Of a DNA stretch of 64,000 nt, positions 24,540-35,200 are shown piece after piece; position 1 is the first letter of the stretch, and each line of letters opens with the position of its first letter. This DNA is from Anthoceros angustus. Its lineage: Eukaryota; Plantae; Anthocerotophyta. Below the pieces are notes generated by a model, which saw only the letters and a program-made list of their open reading frames with translations, made no database searches and was not told the DNA's origin. Both the position numbers and the translations under genes were made by a program. The DNA lies in NCBI GenBank assembly GCA_010909165.1, contig MU008163.1, positions 124,001 through 188,000 on the forward strand. Direction: 5' to 3'.

Positions 24540-24790
24540 ACTACATCCGACGCCTGAAATAAACCTAGAACATGATGCTTGCGGGATATGCTGAGCATGA
24601 ACGAAGTACAGAAGCTCAGCGGATCAGCTAACGTTTGTGCGGCCTCATAAAGCATGTAAAGACATCGGGGCATTGCAGAGAAGGCGCTACATGGCCGGGT
24701 TCAGAAATAGAGCTGCAAAGCCCTTGGCAATGGCATGCGAGCTACCTGATGGACATGTACGGAAAGTGAGCAAGTCAGGCCAAGCGGCTA
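24540..24790 (+). pseudogene. Decayed PPR fragments
   Basis: NMMLAGYAEH, KACKDIGALQ and (cctg)atggacatgtacggaaagtg resemble the P, L and S motif cores of the intact PPR at 29-30 kb. Confidence 0.5.
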
Positions 24791-25160
24791 GGAGGGAGGG
24801 AAGGGACTTCCTTTCTGAGCGTATCGGGTACGCCTTCTCAGAGGCCACCCGCTCCCTCCAGATTTTTCCCTTGCCGGATTCCCTTCGGTTCGAATTGGCT
24901 TCTGTCTCCTTCTTTCCCCCCGCTGCCAGCATTTCCTCTGCCGGTCCGGACGCAGAGTTCTCGGCGGATGCTCACGTCTTTGTAGCTGCCCTTCCGGTTG
25001 TGCATTTGCTGCGGACTTGAAATCAGCAGGGGAAGCCTTCTGATGCCGTTGGAGCTCTGGAATCTCTGACGGAGACAGACTCTTCTGTGCTGCCTAATCT
25101 TTTGTATTAGGTCACGTTCATCAGGTCGGGCATTATGTACGCCGTTCCTTTAGTGAAGAT

Positions 25161-25233
25161 TGTCCCTTACGGGAATCGAACCCGTGTTCTCGCCATGAGA
25201 AGACCATGTCCTATACAACTCGACGAAAGGGAG
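25161..25233 (-). pseudogene. trnE: Mitochondrial-type tRNA-Glu relic (probable NUMT); anticodon reads CTC, stems damaged
   Basis: The reverse complement CTCCCTTTCGTCGAGTTGTATAGGACATGGTCTTCTCATGGCGAGAACACGGGTTCGATTCCCGTAAGGGACA closely resembles land-plant mitochondrial trnE(UUC) as recalled (GTCCCTTTCGTCCAGTGGTTAGGACATCGTCTTTTCATGTCGAAGACACGGGTTCGATTCCCGTAAGGGATA). The T-arm is perfect and the anticodon stem is mispaired. Confidence 0.8.
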
Positions 25234-26994
25234 AAGAATCCTACCTTGGCACAGCAATCAACATGGCACAAAGCCAGCAGGAATCAGGTGATTCTCATCA
25301 CCTCAGAAGTGGACTAAGGTTTGCAAACAATGGCTATCCAATCGGGACGTACGAATCTACTCCAGAGGGAAAATCAAAGTCAATATCATCTCACCTTCGG
25401 CAGGAACCTCGCTGTCAATTTCGGTGTCACTGCCTGCAAAATCGGTCCAAATTTACGGAACCTGATTCCTTGGCAGGCTCATACCTTGTCGACACATAAC
25501 CTTGCATCAAGGGGATGGAAGACTTTTGGCGGCATCCTGTAAAGTACTCGGAGCTTTGCTTATGATGTGCAGCATATGACGGCACTTGAGGACGGTGACG
25601 TCCCGACGGACCACTCATAGATCCAACCTTTTGTCTCCGAAGTATTATTCCTCGCAGAAGCGATAAGGTGTCTGCCAATCTGCCATCAACAGTACGCCAG
25701 TCAGGAAGCCAGGGAGAGCTCAGATGCAAACAACAGGCCAACTACCACATTCAATTTCCCCAAGCACAACGAGCCAATAGACGGATCCTAGACCAACGCC
25801 ACACCGAGGTATCTACATTGCAACCGCCGCAGAGTAAACACGACAAACAACTGAAAACCACATGTAGAAGTTCAAAATTCAACAAATTCACAGAACTTAT
25901 CCCAAAGCCACGGTCATCCCGCGAAGATTTACACCGAAACAAGCTGCGTATCAGACATAAGCAGACGGCTCCATTGCAAGCCAGACAAACAGCATCGCCA
26001 TCGGCGGCAATCAATCTAATCCATCGGCAAATCCTGCAAGTCTCCTCGCATCAAGGGAATACATAAACCCGCGCCAAACAGGCAGACCAGCAGATCCAAG
26101 GAATTACCTCCACCACGCATTCCTGCCATTCCATCCTCCCTACCTGAAAACCAGCAGCGACACCAGATGCGCCGCCGAATCGGATAAAACCAGCTGAGAC
26201 AAGGCGATGCGCCAACTCCTCTCCCCGAATTGCGCTACGGCTCCCGAAATTCCGCGGGATAACGAAGAATTCCGTGACACTCTTGCAGAGCTGCGCAATC
26301 CGGCAAATGACACAGCCGAGCACAGTTCCGCAGAGCACGTGAGCCGGCGGATGCAGCAGAGCGCAACGGCAGATCGGGTAGCGGCGTGGAAGCGAAGGCT
26401 GAAGCTTCTTTACTTCTCTTCGCACGTCATTGGCTTTCAGGCGGGACCCAACAAATTCACAGAACTTATCCCAAAGCCACGGTCATCCCGCGAAGATTTA
26501 CACACCGAAACAAGCTGCGTATCAGACATAAGCAGACGGCTCCATTGCAAGCCAGACAAACAGCATCGCCATCGGCGGCAATCAATCTAATCCATCGGCA
26601 AATCCTGCAAGTCTCCTCGCATCAAGGGAATACATAAACCCGCGCCAAACAGGCAGACCAGCAGATCCAAGGAATTACCTCCACCACGCATTCCTGCCAT
26701 TCCATCCTCCCTACCTGAAAACCAGCAGCGACACCAGATGCGCCGCCGAATCGGATAAAACCAGCTGAGACAAGGCGATGCGCCAACTCTCCCTGAATTG
26801 CGCTACGGCTCCCGAAATTCCGCGGGATAACGAAGAATTCCGTGACACTCTTGCAGAGCTGCAATCCGGCAAATGACACAGCCGAGCACAGTTCCGCAGA
26901 GCAGCACGTGAGCCGGCGGATGCAGCAGAGCGCAACGGCAGATCGGGTAGCGGCGTGGAAGCGAAGGCAAACGAGAAGTGTGGAGGAGAAGCAG

Positions 26995-27600
26995 GGACAG
27001 GTTTTCCAGCGATGGTCTTTGCCAGGAGCAGGAGCAGGAGCACTTGTGGCAGCAATTTTTTCTGGACCCTACCATGTGGTGGGACAACAGACGAGATAAC
27101 AAGCGCTCCCATTCTCCTCACTTCCGGCGAAAGGGGTCCGGCGAGGTGCTGTTGTTAGACAACATGTTTAAGCCAACTTGGGTTGATGAGGAGCTGATTT
27201 CCTTGGATATGCAGATGGGCCATGGTGCCTCTCCATTCGAGTGGAGCACTCCAGATAATTCTGAACCTGGAAGGCGTGCAGTTTCGGGAATGGGGTCCAG
27301 CTGCAGCAGGGCTACCGTGAGCACGTTATGTCAGCAGGGGAAGCTTTCTGAGGCCGTTGGAGCCCTGGAAACTCTGGCGCACACAGACTCTCCCATTCCT
27401 CAGTCTCTGTTCTACACTGTGCTGAAACTGTGTACAGCCAAGAAGGATTTGGTTGTGGGGCGACGAGTTCATGACCTCATTGTCAAACTTGGATACGAGT
27501 CGAGTGCGTACTTGGGGAACCATATCTTGCGCATGTATGCAGGTGGAGGTAGGCTAGAGGAGGCCAAGGATGTGCTCACCAGGGTGGGCAAACCAGATGC
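26995..27600 (+). pseudogene. N-terminal part of a PLS-PPR gene carrying an OSB-type PDF-like motif; truncated at both ends by repeat junctions
   Basis: LWQQFFLDPTMWWDNRRDNKRSHSPHFRRKGSGEVLLLDNMFKPTWVDEEL is followed by VSTLCQQGKLSEAVGAL..LFYTVLKLCTAKKDLVVGRRVHDLIV..AYLGNHILRMYAGGGRLEEAKDV (a typical PLS-PPR start). Confidence 0.75.
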
Positions 27601-29039
27601 GCCGCCGAATCGGATAAAACCAGCTGAGACAAGGCGATGCGCCAACTCTCCCTGAATTGCGCTACGGCTCCCCGAAATTCCGCGGGATAACGAAGAATTC
27701 CGTGACACTCTTGCAGAGCTGCGCAATCCGGCAAATGACACAGCCGAGCACAGTTCCGCAGAGCAGCACGTGAGCCGGCGGATGCAGCAGAGCGCAACGG
27801 CAGATCGGGTAGCGGCGTGGAAGCGAAGGCAAACGAGAAGAGTGTGGAGGAGAAGCAGGGACGACGAGTCCAGTGGAGTGCAGTGGAGACCGAAGCTGGA
27901 GGGAGTGGTGCAACGAGGAGAGGAGAAGGGCTAGAAAGAGAGGGGATGGCGAGGGCTATGGCAACGGGGCCGGATACACGTGGTCCCTTCTATCTCATAC
28001 CCAACCTTCCCAGTTAAACGTCCAACGGCCCCTTCCAATGGATTTCACTACAATCCACGACGTTTGCGGACTTTTATTGACGTCCCCTGTCAAGACCTAA
28101 ATAGTACCTATAACCAATACTCACGTTTTGCTCACTACCAGCTTGTTTGATGTTTGATCAACCAGCTTGAATCTCGGTCGCGGTCACCTACATAAAAAAG
28201 TGTGAGCACTCTTTCTTAGAATCTAGTATAGATAACCGAGTATTAACTTATTAAGCATATATTATCTAATAAAATTATATATTTAATTGAAAATATATCA
28301 ATATATTAAATATATAATAATTTATATATGTAATATTTTATTCAGGAAAAAAATTGATGAGAGAAACCCATCTAACATAGGACAACCAAGAGGGACCATG
28401 AGGATGGAGGTCAAAAGGGAACAAAGCAATGTGTATATATAGTTAGGATTGAATGTCCTTAGAGTAGATTAAAATTACCTTAGTTATATAATTATTTTTT
28501 TATTTTTTTTTGTGGAATAGGAAATTCATAGTTGGAGGTTCAATCGTTCCACTCAAAAATCTAGATCAATCACACATGATCTCTAGATCTCACTTTCATG
28601 AGACCTTGTTACCTGATAGTTTATTTTGATATAAATACAAATATTTTCAGCAATTTCATGCAATATCATGCATCATGGATCTCACTCTATAATGAGGAGA
28701 GATGATATGGCGTAAGACTTTAATTTAATTTAAGTAAAAATATTTTCAAAAAAAACTGAACATTCTCAAATAATTTTAGCCACAAGTCATCCATCGGCCT
28801 TGGTAGTTTAACTCCACTACATATTGGTGCTCAAAGCGGTCTTGCTGGCGTTGTTAGGATCACTTTATTTTACCTGGTAGGTTATATCCATGGCGAACTA
28901 TATCCTCCAATCATTGTATGGCCGCATCGCCAAAGTGAACAAAGTTGGAAATCCTCACTCTAATACGATATTTCTGCCTCTTCCACCAAACTACATCCGA
29001 CGCCTGAAATAAACCTAGAACATGATGCTTGCGGGATAT

Positions 29040-31196
29040 GCTGAGCATGAACAAAGGATGTGGTGACGTGGACTGCCCTGATATCTGGATATGCACAGCA
29101 AGGACTCGGCCACGAGGCGCTTGTTGTGTATGAGCGAATGCAGCAGGAGGGCCTGATTGTGTCGGACCATGTTACTTTTGCTTGCCTTTTGAATGCCTGT
29201 GGAAGCACTGGTGCCTTACAGAAGGGCAGGCAGCTGCACTCACAGATTGTGGAAAATGGACTGCTGGATAACGTAGTGTTGGCAACTGCCTGGTAGACAT
29301 GTATGCAAAATGTGGCAAAATGAAAGATGCACACCAGGTTTTTGACAGCATGGCCTCAAAGGATGTGGTGACATGGAATGCCCTGATTGCTGGGTATGCA
29401 CAGCAAGGACTCGGCCAAGAGGCGCTTGTTGTGTATGGACAAATGGGGGAGGGGCACCTTGTTTTGGCCAACCATGTTACTTTTGCTTGCCTTCTGAAGG
29501 CCTGTGGAAGCACTGGTGCCTTACAGAAGGGCATGCAACTGCACTCACAGATTGTCGAAAAGGGACTGCTGGGTGACGTTGTGGTGGGCAACAGCCTGGT
29601 GGACATGTATGCAAAATGTGGAAAAATGAAAGATGCACGCCAGGTTTTTGACAGCATGAACAGAAAGGATGTGGTGACATGGACTGCCCTGATATCTGGG
29701 TATGCACAGCAAGGACTCGGCCAAGAGGCGCTTCTTGTGTATGAACGAATGGAGCAGGAGGGCCTGATTGTGGCTAACCCTGTTACTTTTGCTTGCCTTT
29801 TAAAGGCCTGTGGAAGCACTGGTGCCTTAAAGAAGGGCAGGCAGCTGCACTCAATGATTATGGAAAACGGACTGCTGGATAACGTAGTGTTAGGTAATTG
29901 CCTGGTTGATATGTATGCAAAATGTGGTGAACTGGAAGAAGCACGCCAGGTCTTTGACAGCATGAACACAAAGAATGTGGTGACATGGAATACCCTGTTA
30001 GCTGGATATGCACAGCAAGGACTCGGCCATGAGGCGCTTGTTGTGTATGAACGAATGGAGCAGGAGGGCCTGATTGTGTCTGACGATGTTACTCTTGCCT
30101 GCCTTTTGAAGGCCTGTGGAAGCACCGGTGCCTTACAGAAGGGCAGGCAGCTGCACTCACAGATAGTGGAAAAAGGACTGCTGGAAAACGTAGTGTTAGG
30201 CAACTGCCTGGTTGATATGTATGCAAAATGTGGCGATTTGGAAGGTGCACGCCAGGCTTTTGATAGCATGAACACAAAGGATGTGGTGACATGGAATGCT
30301 TTGATATCTGGGTATGGCACATGTGATGAATGTCCCAAGGCACTAGCTTGTTTTGAGGAGATGTTGGTTGCCGGTATTCAGCCTAATGATGTTACTTTTA
30401 CTTGCCTTTTAGTAGCATGCAGTCATGGGGGACTGGTCCATGACGGTCGCAAGCACTTTGATTCCATGGCTGAAGAGCATGGCATCAAACCTACTCTTGA
30501 GCATAATAATTGCATGATTGATCTCCTTGGGCGTGCAGGCCATTTAGATGAGGCACAGAAGAAGCTATTGTTATTTGAGGGCCAAAGTAATGTTGTGGGC
30601 TTGACATCTTTGTTGAATGCCTGTAAAATTCACGGCGATATAGAGAGGGCGATGTGGTGTTTTGAAAGCATTGTTAGGCTGGACCCCCAGCAGGCGTCTG
30701 CATATGTGCTTATGGCCAATGCCTATGCAGATGCAGGCAGGTGGACCGATGTAGACAGGATTGAAACACAGAGAACAGTGGCAGGAGCTAACAAGAAACC
30801 TGCAGTGGCGACCATTGAGGTGAACAAGCAGGTACATAGATTTTTGGTGGGAGAAAGGAGAGAGGATATTGCGTTTAAGGTAGAGAGCACGAATGCACGT
30901 CTGAAGCAGGAAGGAGGCCACGTACCTCACACAAAGTTGGTGTTGAAGCCAATGTCTGAGAAGGAAAAGGAAGATGCTTTGTGGGCATGCTGAGAAGCTA
31001 GCTCTGGCGTTTGGTCTCTTGAACACTCCGAGTGGGACACCTCTGGTGGTAACGAAGAATCTACGCATGTGCAGTGACTGCCACAGTTCCACGGAGATCA
31101 TGTCAAGGCTTGAACAAAGAGACATTGTTGGTAAGGGATGGGTACCGTGTGCATCGATTCGCAGCTGGTTGTTGCAGTTGTAAAGGTCGACCGTGA
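29040..31196 (+). CDS. PLS-class PPR protein with E1-E2 and DYW:KP domain ending in GRP (candidate U-to-C organellar RNA-editing factor); 5' incomplete, three small frameshifts (~29281, ~30982, ~31130)
   Basis: Four 102-aa PLS triplets plus P2-L2-S2 are followed by E1/E2 (VVGLTSLLNACKIHG; ASAYVLMANAYADAGRW). The DYW:KP domain reads KKPAVATIEV, HAEKLALAFGLLNTPSGTPLVVTKNLRMCSDCH and ...CCSCKGRP*. The gene is intronless. Confidence 0.9.
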
Positions 31197-32234
31197 GACT
31201 AATGGAGGACTACCCAGAGCTCGAGTGTGCACGCGAGAGAATTTTGCATTTGGGTGACTGTGCTTCTTAAATCCGGTGAAATATTCTGGACCGATTTAAT
31301 TGGGAGATCGGGGCGACAGCCCGAAATCTCTGACTGCGAAACATGTGCGATCAGTAATGGACAGTAGGAGCACAAGCTAAATGCTAGTAAGACAAGACCC
31401 TAGTCTTAAGAAATTGTACATACTAGGCAAAACCGTCTGGGATCCTGTTACTGATATTAGGGGTGGACTGTCAATCTCGGTACACCCCTCTGTCGAAGGA
31501 GACGATTGTTGGAGTGGGATTGGATGTTGACTCATCCTTTCAATGGATTACTCTCAAGCTTTCATGTGGTCTTCCATAATATCCGCATACGCTAAGCAAG
31601 GAAACCTAATGAAGCCATGCAACTGTACCATGGTCCTCAAATAGCCGTGGTGGGAACTTTCCTAATTCCGAAAAAAAGCTGGCCAAAGGTTTGTACAAAA
31701 AATACACTAAAGAAAAAGAGGGACCGTTTCCTTCTGCAAAGAAAGCAGGGAACTAGGGCAAATGTACTTCTTCTCAACATCTATGCGAATACGTGAAGTA
31801 GGACGGCCGTAGTCCTACTTGATATTTACATGAATAATATACCTTGATATATGCCTTCATAAATTTGTTCAAATCCTTAGTCAAAGCACGTAAGTCTCCA
31901 AAACAAAAGTTATGCCACCTGCTTTTTCTACCTTTCACCTTTTTATTGTAAGGTGTTCTTTCGTACTTGATATCACCTCTACCCTCTCACCTCATGTTTT
32001 GAACTTTCCATTACTACCATTCTAGAAGGAATACACTAGAATGAGTGAAAGCTTCATTTACAAGAAACAAGATTCCTTGCAACAGTGCCTGCCTGCTGCT
32101 TTTCTTTATTGCTTTATATGTAGTTTGAGCAGATAGGTTCCTGCAAGGCGAGAAATTTGTTTTTGCAAAAGAGTTCATTTATGTGACCATCAAGAAAGGT
32201 CCCCTCGTAGTCATGTTCACTTGCATCGGGGTAA

Positions 32235-35200
32235 TTAGTCGAGTATACACTTTAAGTCCCTGGCAACTTCCGCAATTTTAGGGGCTGATGCCGTCAGAGT
32301 AGCATTTATAATGCTGGCCACGTCGAGGTCCACCGCAGCGTTCCTTACCAATCCAATATGCATCTGCAGACAGAGGAGAGTAAGAACCAAACAAACGCAT
32401 GGCAATTTCGAAGGACGTAAAAAAGACGAGGATACAAAGGCGAGAACGGCACATACAAGAGACCCAATAGCGACGAGTGAACGAAACCTAACTTCCACAT
32501 CATCCTCCGTTGGCCCTGCCATCTGCCAACCGAACAACAAAAGGGCTTATAACGGGATAATGCTAGGAGGACGAGATACTTCATGAAAGGGTTGAAATAA
32601 AGTCTACCTCCAGCGCTGCAGATAAGACCTGAATCTGTCCAGTTTCATCTTTTTCGTCGATTAGCAGTACAGCGTAGCTGCATCACCCACTAAACTCTCA
32701 ATAAAACTTGTCAAAGAGCAAGGTGCAACGCGCAGATGACACATGATTGTGTTGCAAAACCATCTAGATACTTAGAAATTCCGAGCTGGAACTTACTTCA
32801 GAACAAGGGTGGCATATGCCAATCTCACATTCTTGCTAGTTGCAGTGCAGCAGTCCGCAAACAGGTCCAAAACCTGAAAGTATGAGCTCGCAATGGTAAA
32901 TAACATCTCAACAAAGTGCTCACCTCATAGTGCATTTCAAGGCAATTTTCAAGAGCTTTGCCCAGCAGTAAGGACCCATACATTGCACTAGCACCAACCT
33001 CACTGCGATGTTGGACAACCCATTCCCTAAGGGACGAGTGCCTGAAGCTGTTGACAGCAAGTCGGGTACTTGTAAGCTGGTTTGCAGAAATAACTGGGGA
33101 TGTCATTGCGCGCCTCACCGTGTCCATTATAACATCTAAAAATTCCAAGGAGTGAATTATTTGTAACAGGCACCTCAACACTTTTGCTGAAGGAACACCT
33201 CATTTTCAACATACCCTTTCCGTTTTCCCAACTCTTGGCAAAATGACTTGCGGCATGTGGATGGAGGAGCACCATTTTCAAAAGATCTAGAGCTGGAGGG
33301 CAAGAGGAACGAGTAGTTGCAGTAGCAGATCCGGAGATGCAATACAGGACATCATACTAAAAATAAATAAATCATAGGAAAGGGCCACAAACCAGGAAAT
33401 AATTTGTCACCGGCCAGAAAAGAAGGATTTTGGTGGGAGAAAGGAGAGGATATTGCGCCAAGGTAGAGAGCACGAATGCACGTCTGAAGCAGGAAGGAGG
33501 CCACGTACCTCACACAAAAGTTGGTGTTGAAGCCACTGTCTGAGAAGGAAAAGGAAGATGTTTGTGGGCATGCTGAGAAGCTAGCTCTGGCGTTTGGTCT
33601 CTTGAACACTCCGAGTGGGACACCCCTAGTGGTAACGAAGAATCTACGCATGTGCAGTGACTGCCACAGTTCCACGGAGATCATGTCAAGGCTTGGACAA
33701 AGAGACATCGTGGTAAGGGATGGGTACCGTGTGCATCGATTCGCAGCTGGTTGTTGCAGTTGTAAAGGTCGACCGTGAGACTAATGGAGGACTACCCAGA
33801 GCTCGAGTGTGCACGCGAGAGAATTTTGCATTTGGGTGACTGTGCTTCTTAAATCCGGTGAAATATTCTGGACCGATTTAATTGGGAGATCGGGGCGACA
33901 GCCCGAAATCTCTGACTGCGAAACATGTGCGATCAGTAATGGACAGTAGGAGCACAAGCTAAATGCTAGTAAGACAAGACCCTAGTCTTAAGAAATTGTA
34001 CATAGACAGCACATAAGTATATCAAATCACTCAAATGAGGTAGTGTCAGTTACCTCATCTGCTGTCATAGCCACATTGAATTCCACCACTTTCTTTAGAA
34101 TCCCATCATACAGAGGAGAGTAAGAACCAAACAAACGCATGGCAATTTCGAAGGACGTAAAAAGACGAGGATACAAAGGCGAGAACGGCACATACAAGAG
34201 ACCCAATAGCGACGAGTGAACGAAACCTAACTTCCACATCATCCTCCGTTGGCCCTGCCATCTGCCAACCGAACAACAAAAGGGCTTATAACGGGATAAT
34301 GCTAGGAGGACGAGATACTTCATGAAAGGGTTGAAATAAAGTCTACCTCCAGCGCTGCAGATAAGACCTGAATCTGTCCAGTTTCATCTTTTCGTCGATT
34401 AGCAGTACAGCGTAGCTGCATCACCCACTAAACTCTCAATAAAACTTGTCAAAGAGCAAGGTGCAACGCGCAGATGACACATGATTGTGTTGCAAAACCA
34501 TCTAGATACTTAGAAATTCCGAGCTGGAACTTACTTCAGAACAAGGGTGGCATATGCCAATCTCACATTCTTGCTAGTTGCAGTGCAGCAGTCCGCAAAC
34601 AGGTCCAAAACCTGAAAGTATGAGCTCGCAATGGTAAATAACATCTCAACAAAGTGCTCACCTCATAGTGCATTTCAAGGCAATTTTCAAGAGCTTTGCC
34701 CAGCAGTAAGGACCCATACATTGCACTAGCACCAACCTCACTGCGATGTTGGACAACCCATTCCCTAAGGGACGAGTGCCTGAAGCTGTTGACAGCAAGT
34801 CGGGTACTTGTAAGCTGGTTTGCAGAAATAACTGGGGATGTCATTGCGCGCCTCACCGTGTCCATTATAACATCTAAAAATTCCAAGGAGTGAATTATTT
34901 GTAACAGGCACCTCAACACTTTTGCTGAAGGAACACCTCATTTCAAACATACCCTTTCCGTTTTCCCAACTCTTGGCAAAATGACTTGCGGCATGTGGAT
35001 GGAGGAGCACCATTTTCAAAAGATCTAGAGCTGGAGGGCAAGAGGAACGAGTAGTTGCAGTAGCAGATCCGGAGATGCAATACAGGACATCATACTAAAA
35101 AATAAATAAATCATAGGAAAGGGCCACAAACCAGGAAATAAATTTGTCACCGGCCAGAAAAGAAGGATTTTGGTCAGCAGCTCGAAATCTGCATCTGCAA

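Larger units (their letters stand above)
23040..25620 (-). pseudogene. Second, fragmented DUF789 copy (last exon 23040-23250; middle exons ~24000-24540; first exon ~25330-25620; exon 2 absent). An extra orphan last exon lies at ~17733-17940
   Basis: The exon sequences match copy 1 but are separated by unrelated blocks. This copy shows the uninterrupted junction KFQYMEEMRPWYREPFVDK. Confidence 0.75.
21600..27960. repeat. DUF789 5' flank/leader repeated four times (~21600-22510, 25620-26400, 26450-26995, 27592-27960)
   Basis: The block accagatgcgccgccgaatcggataaaaccagctgagacaaggcgatgcgccaactc recurs near 22140, 26162, 26735 and 27592. Confidence 0.9.
23373..28760. repeat. Duplicated ~620-bp AT-rich block (23373-23992 and 28134-28760)
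   Basis: actaccagcttgtttgatgtttgatcaacc...aaaatattttcaaaaaaactgaa is present at both positions. Confidence 0.9.

Noticed and set aside
28790-28880. Ankyrin-like peptide LTPLHIGAQSGLAGVVR
   Set aside because: It is a single short match with no supporting ORF and could be chance.
29172-30338. 388-aa minus-strand repetitive ORF
   Set aside because: It is the antisense shadow of the PPR repeat array.
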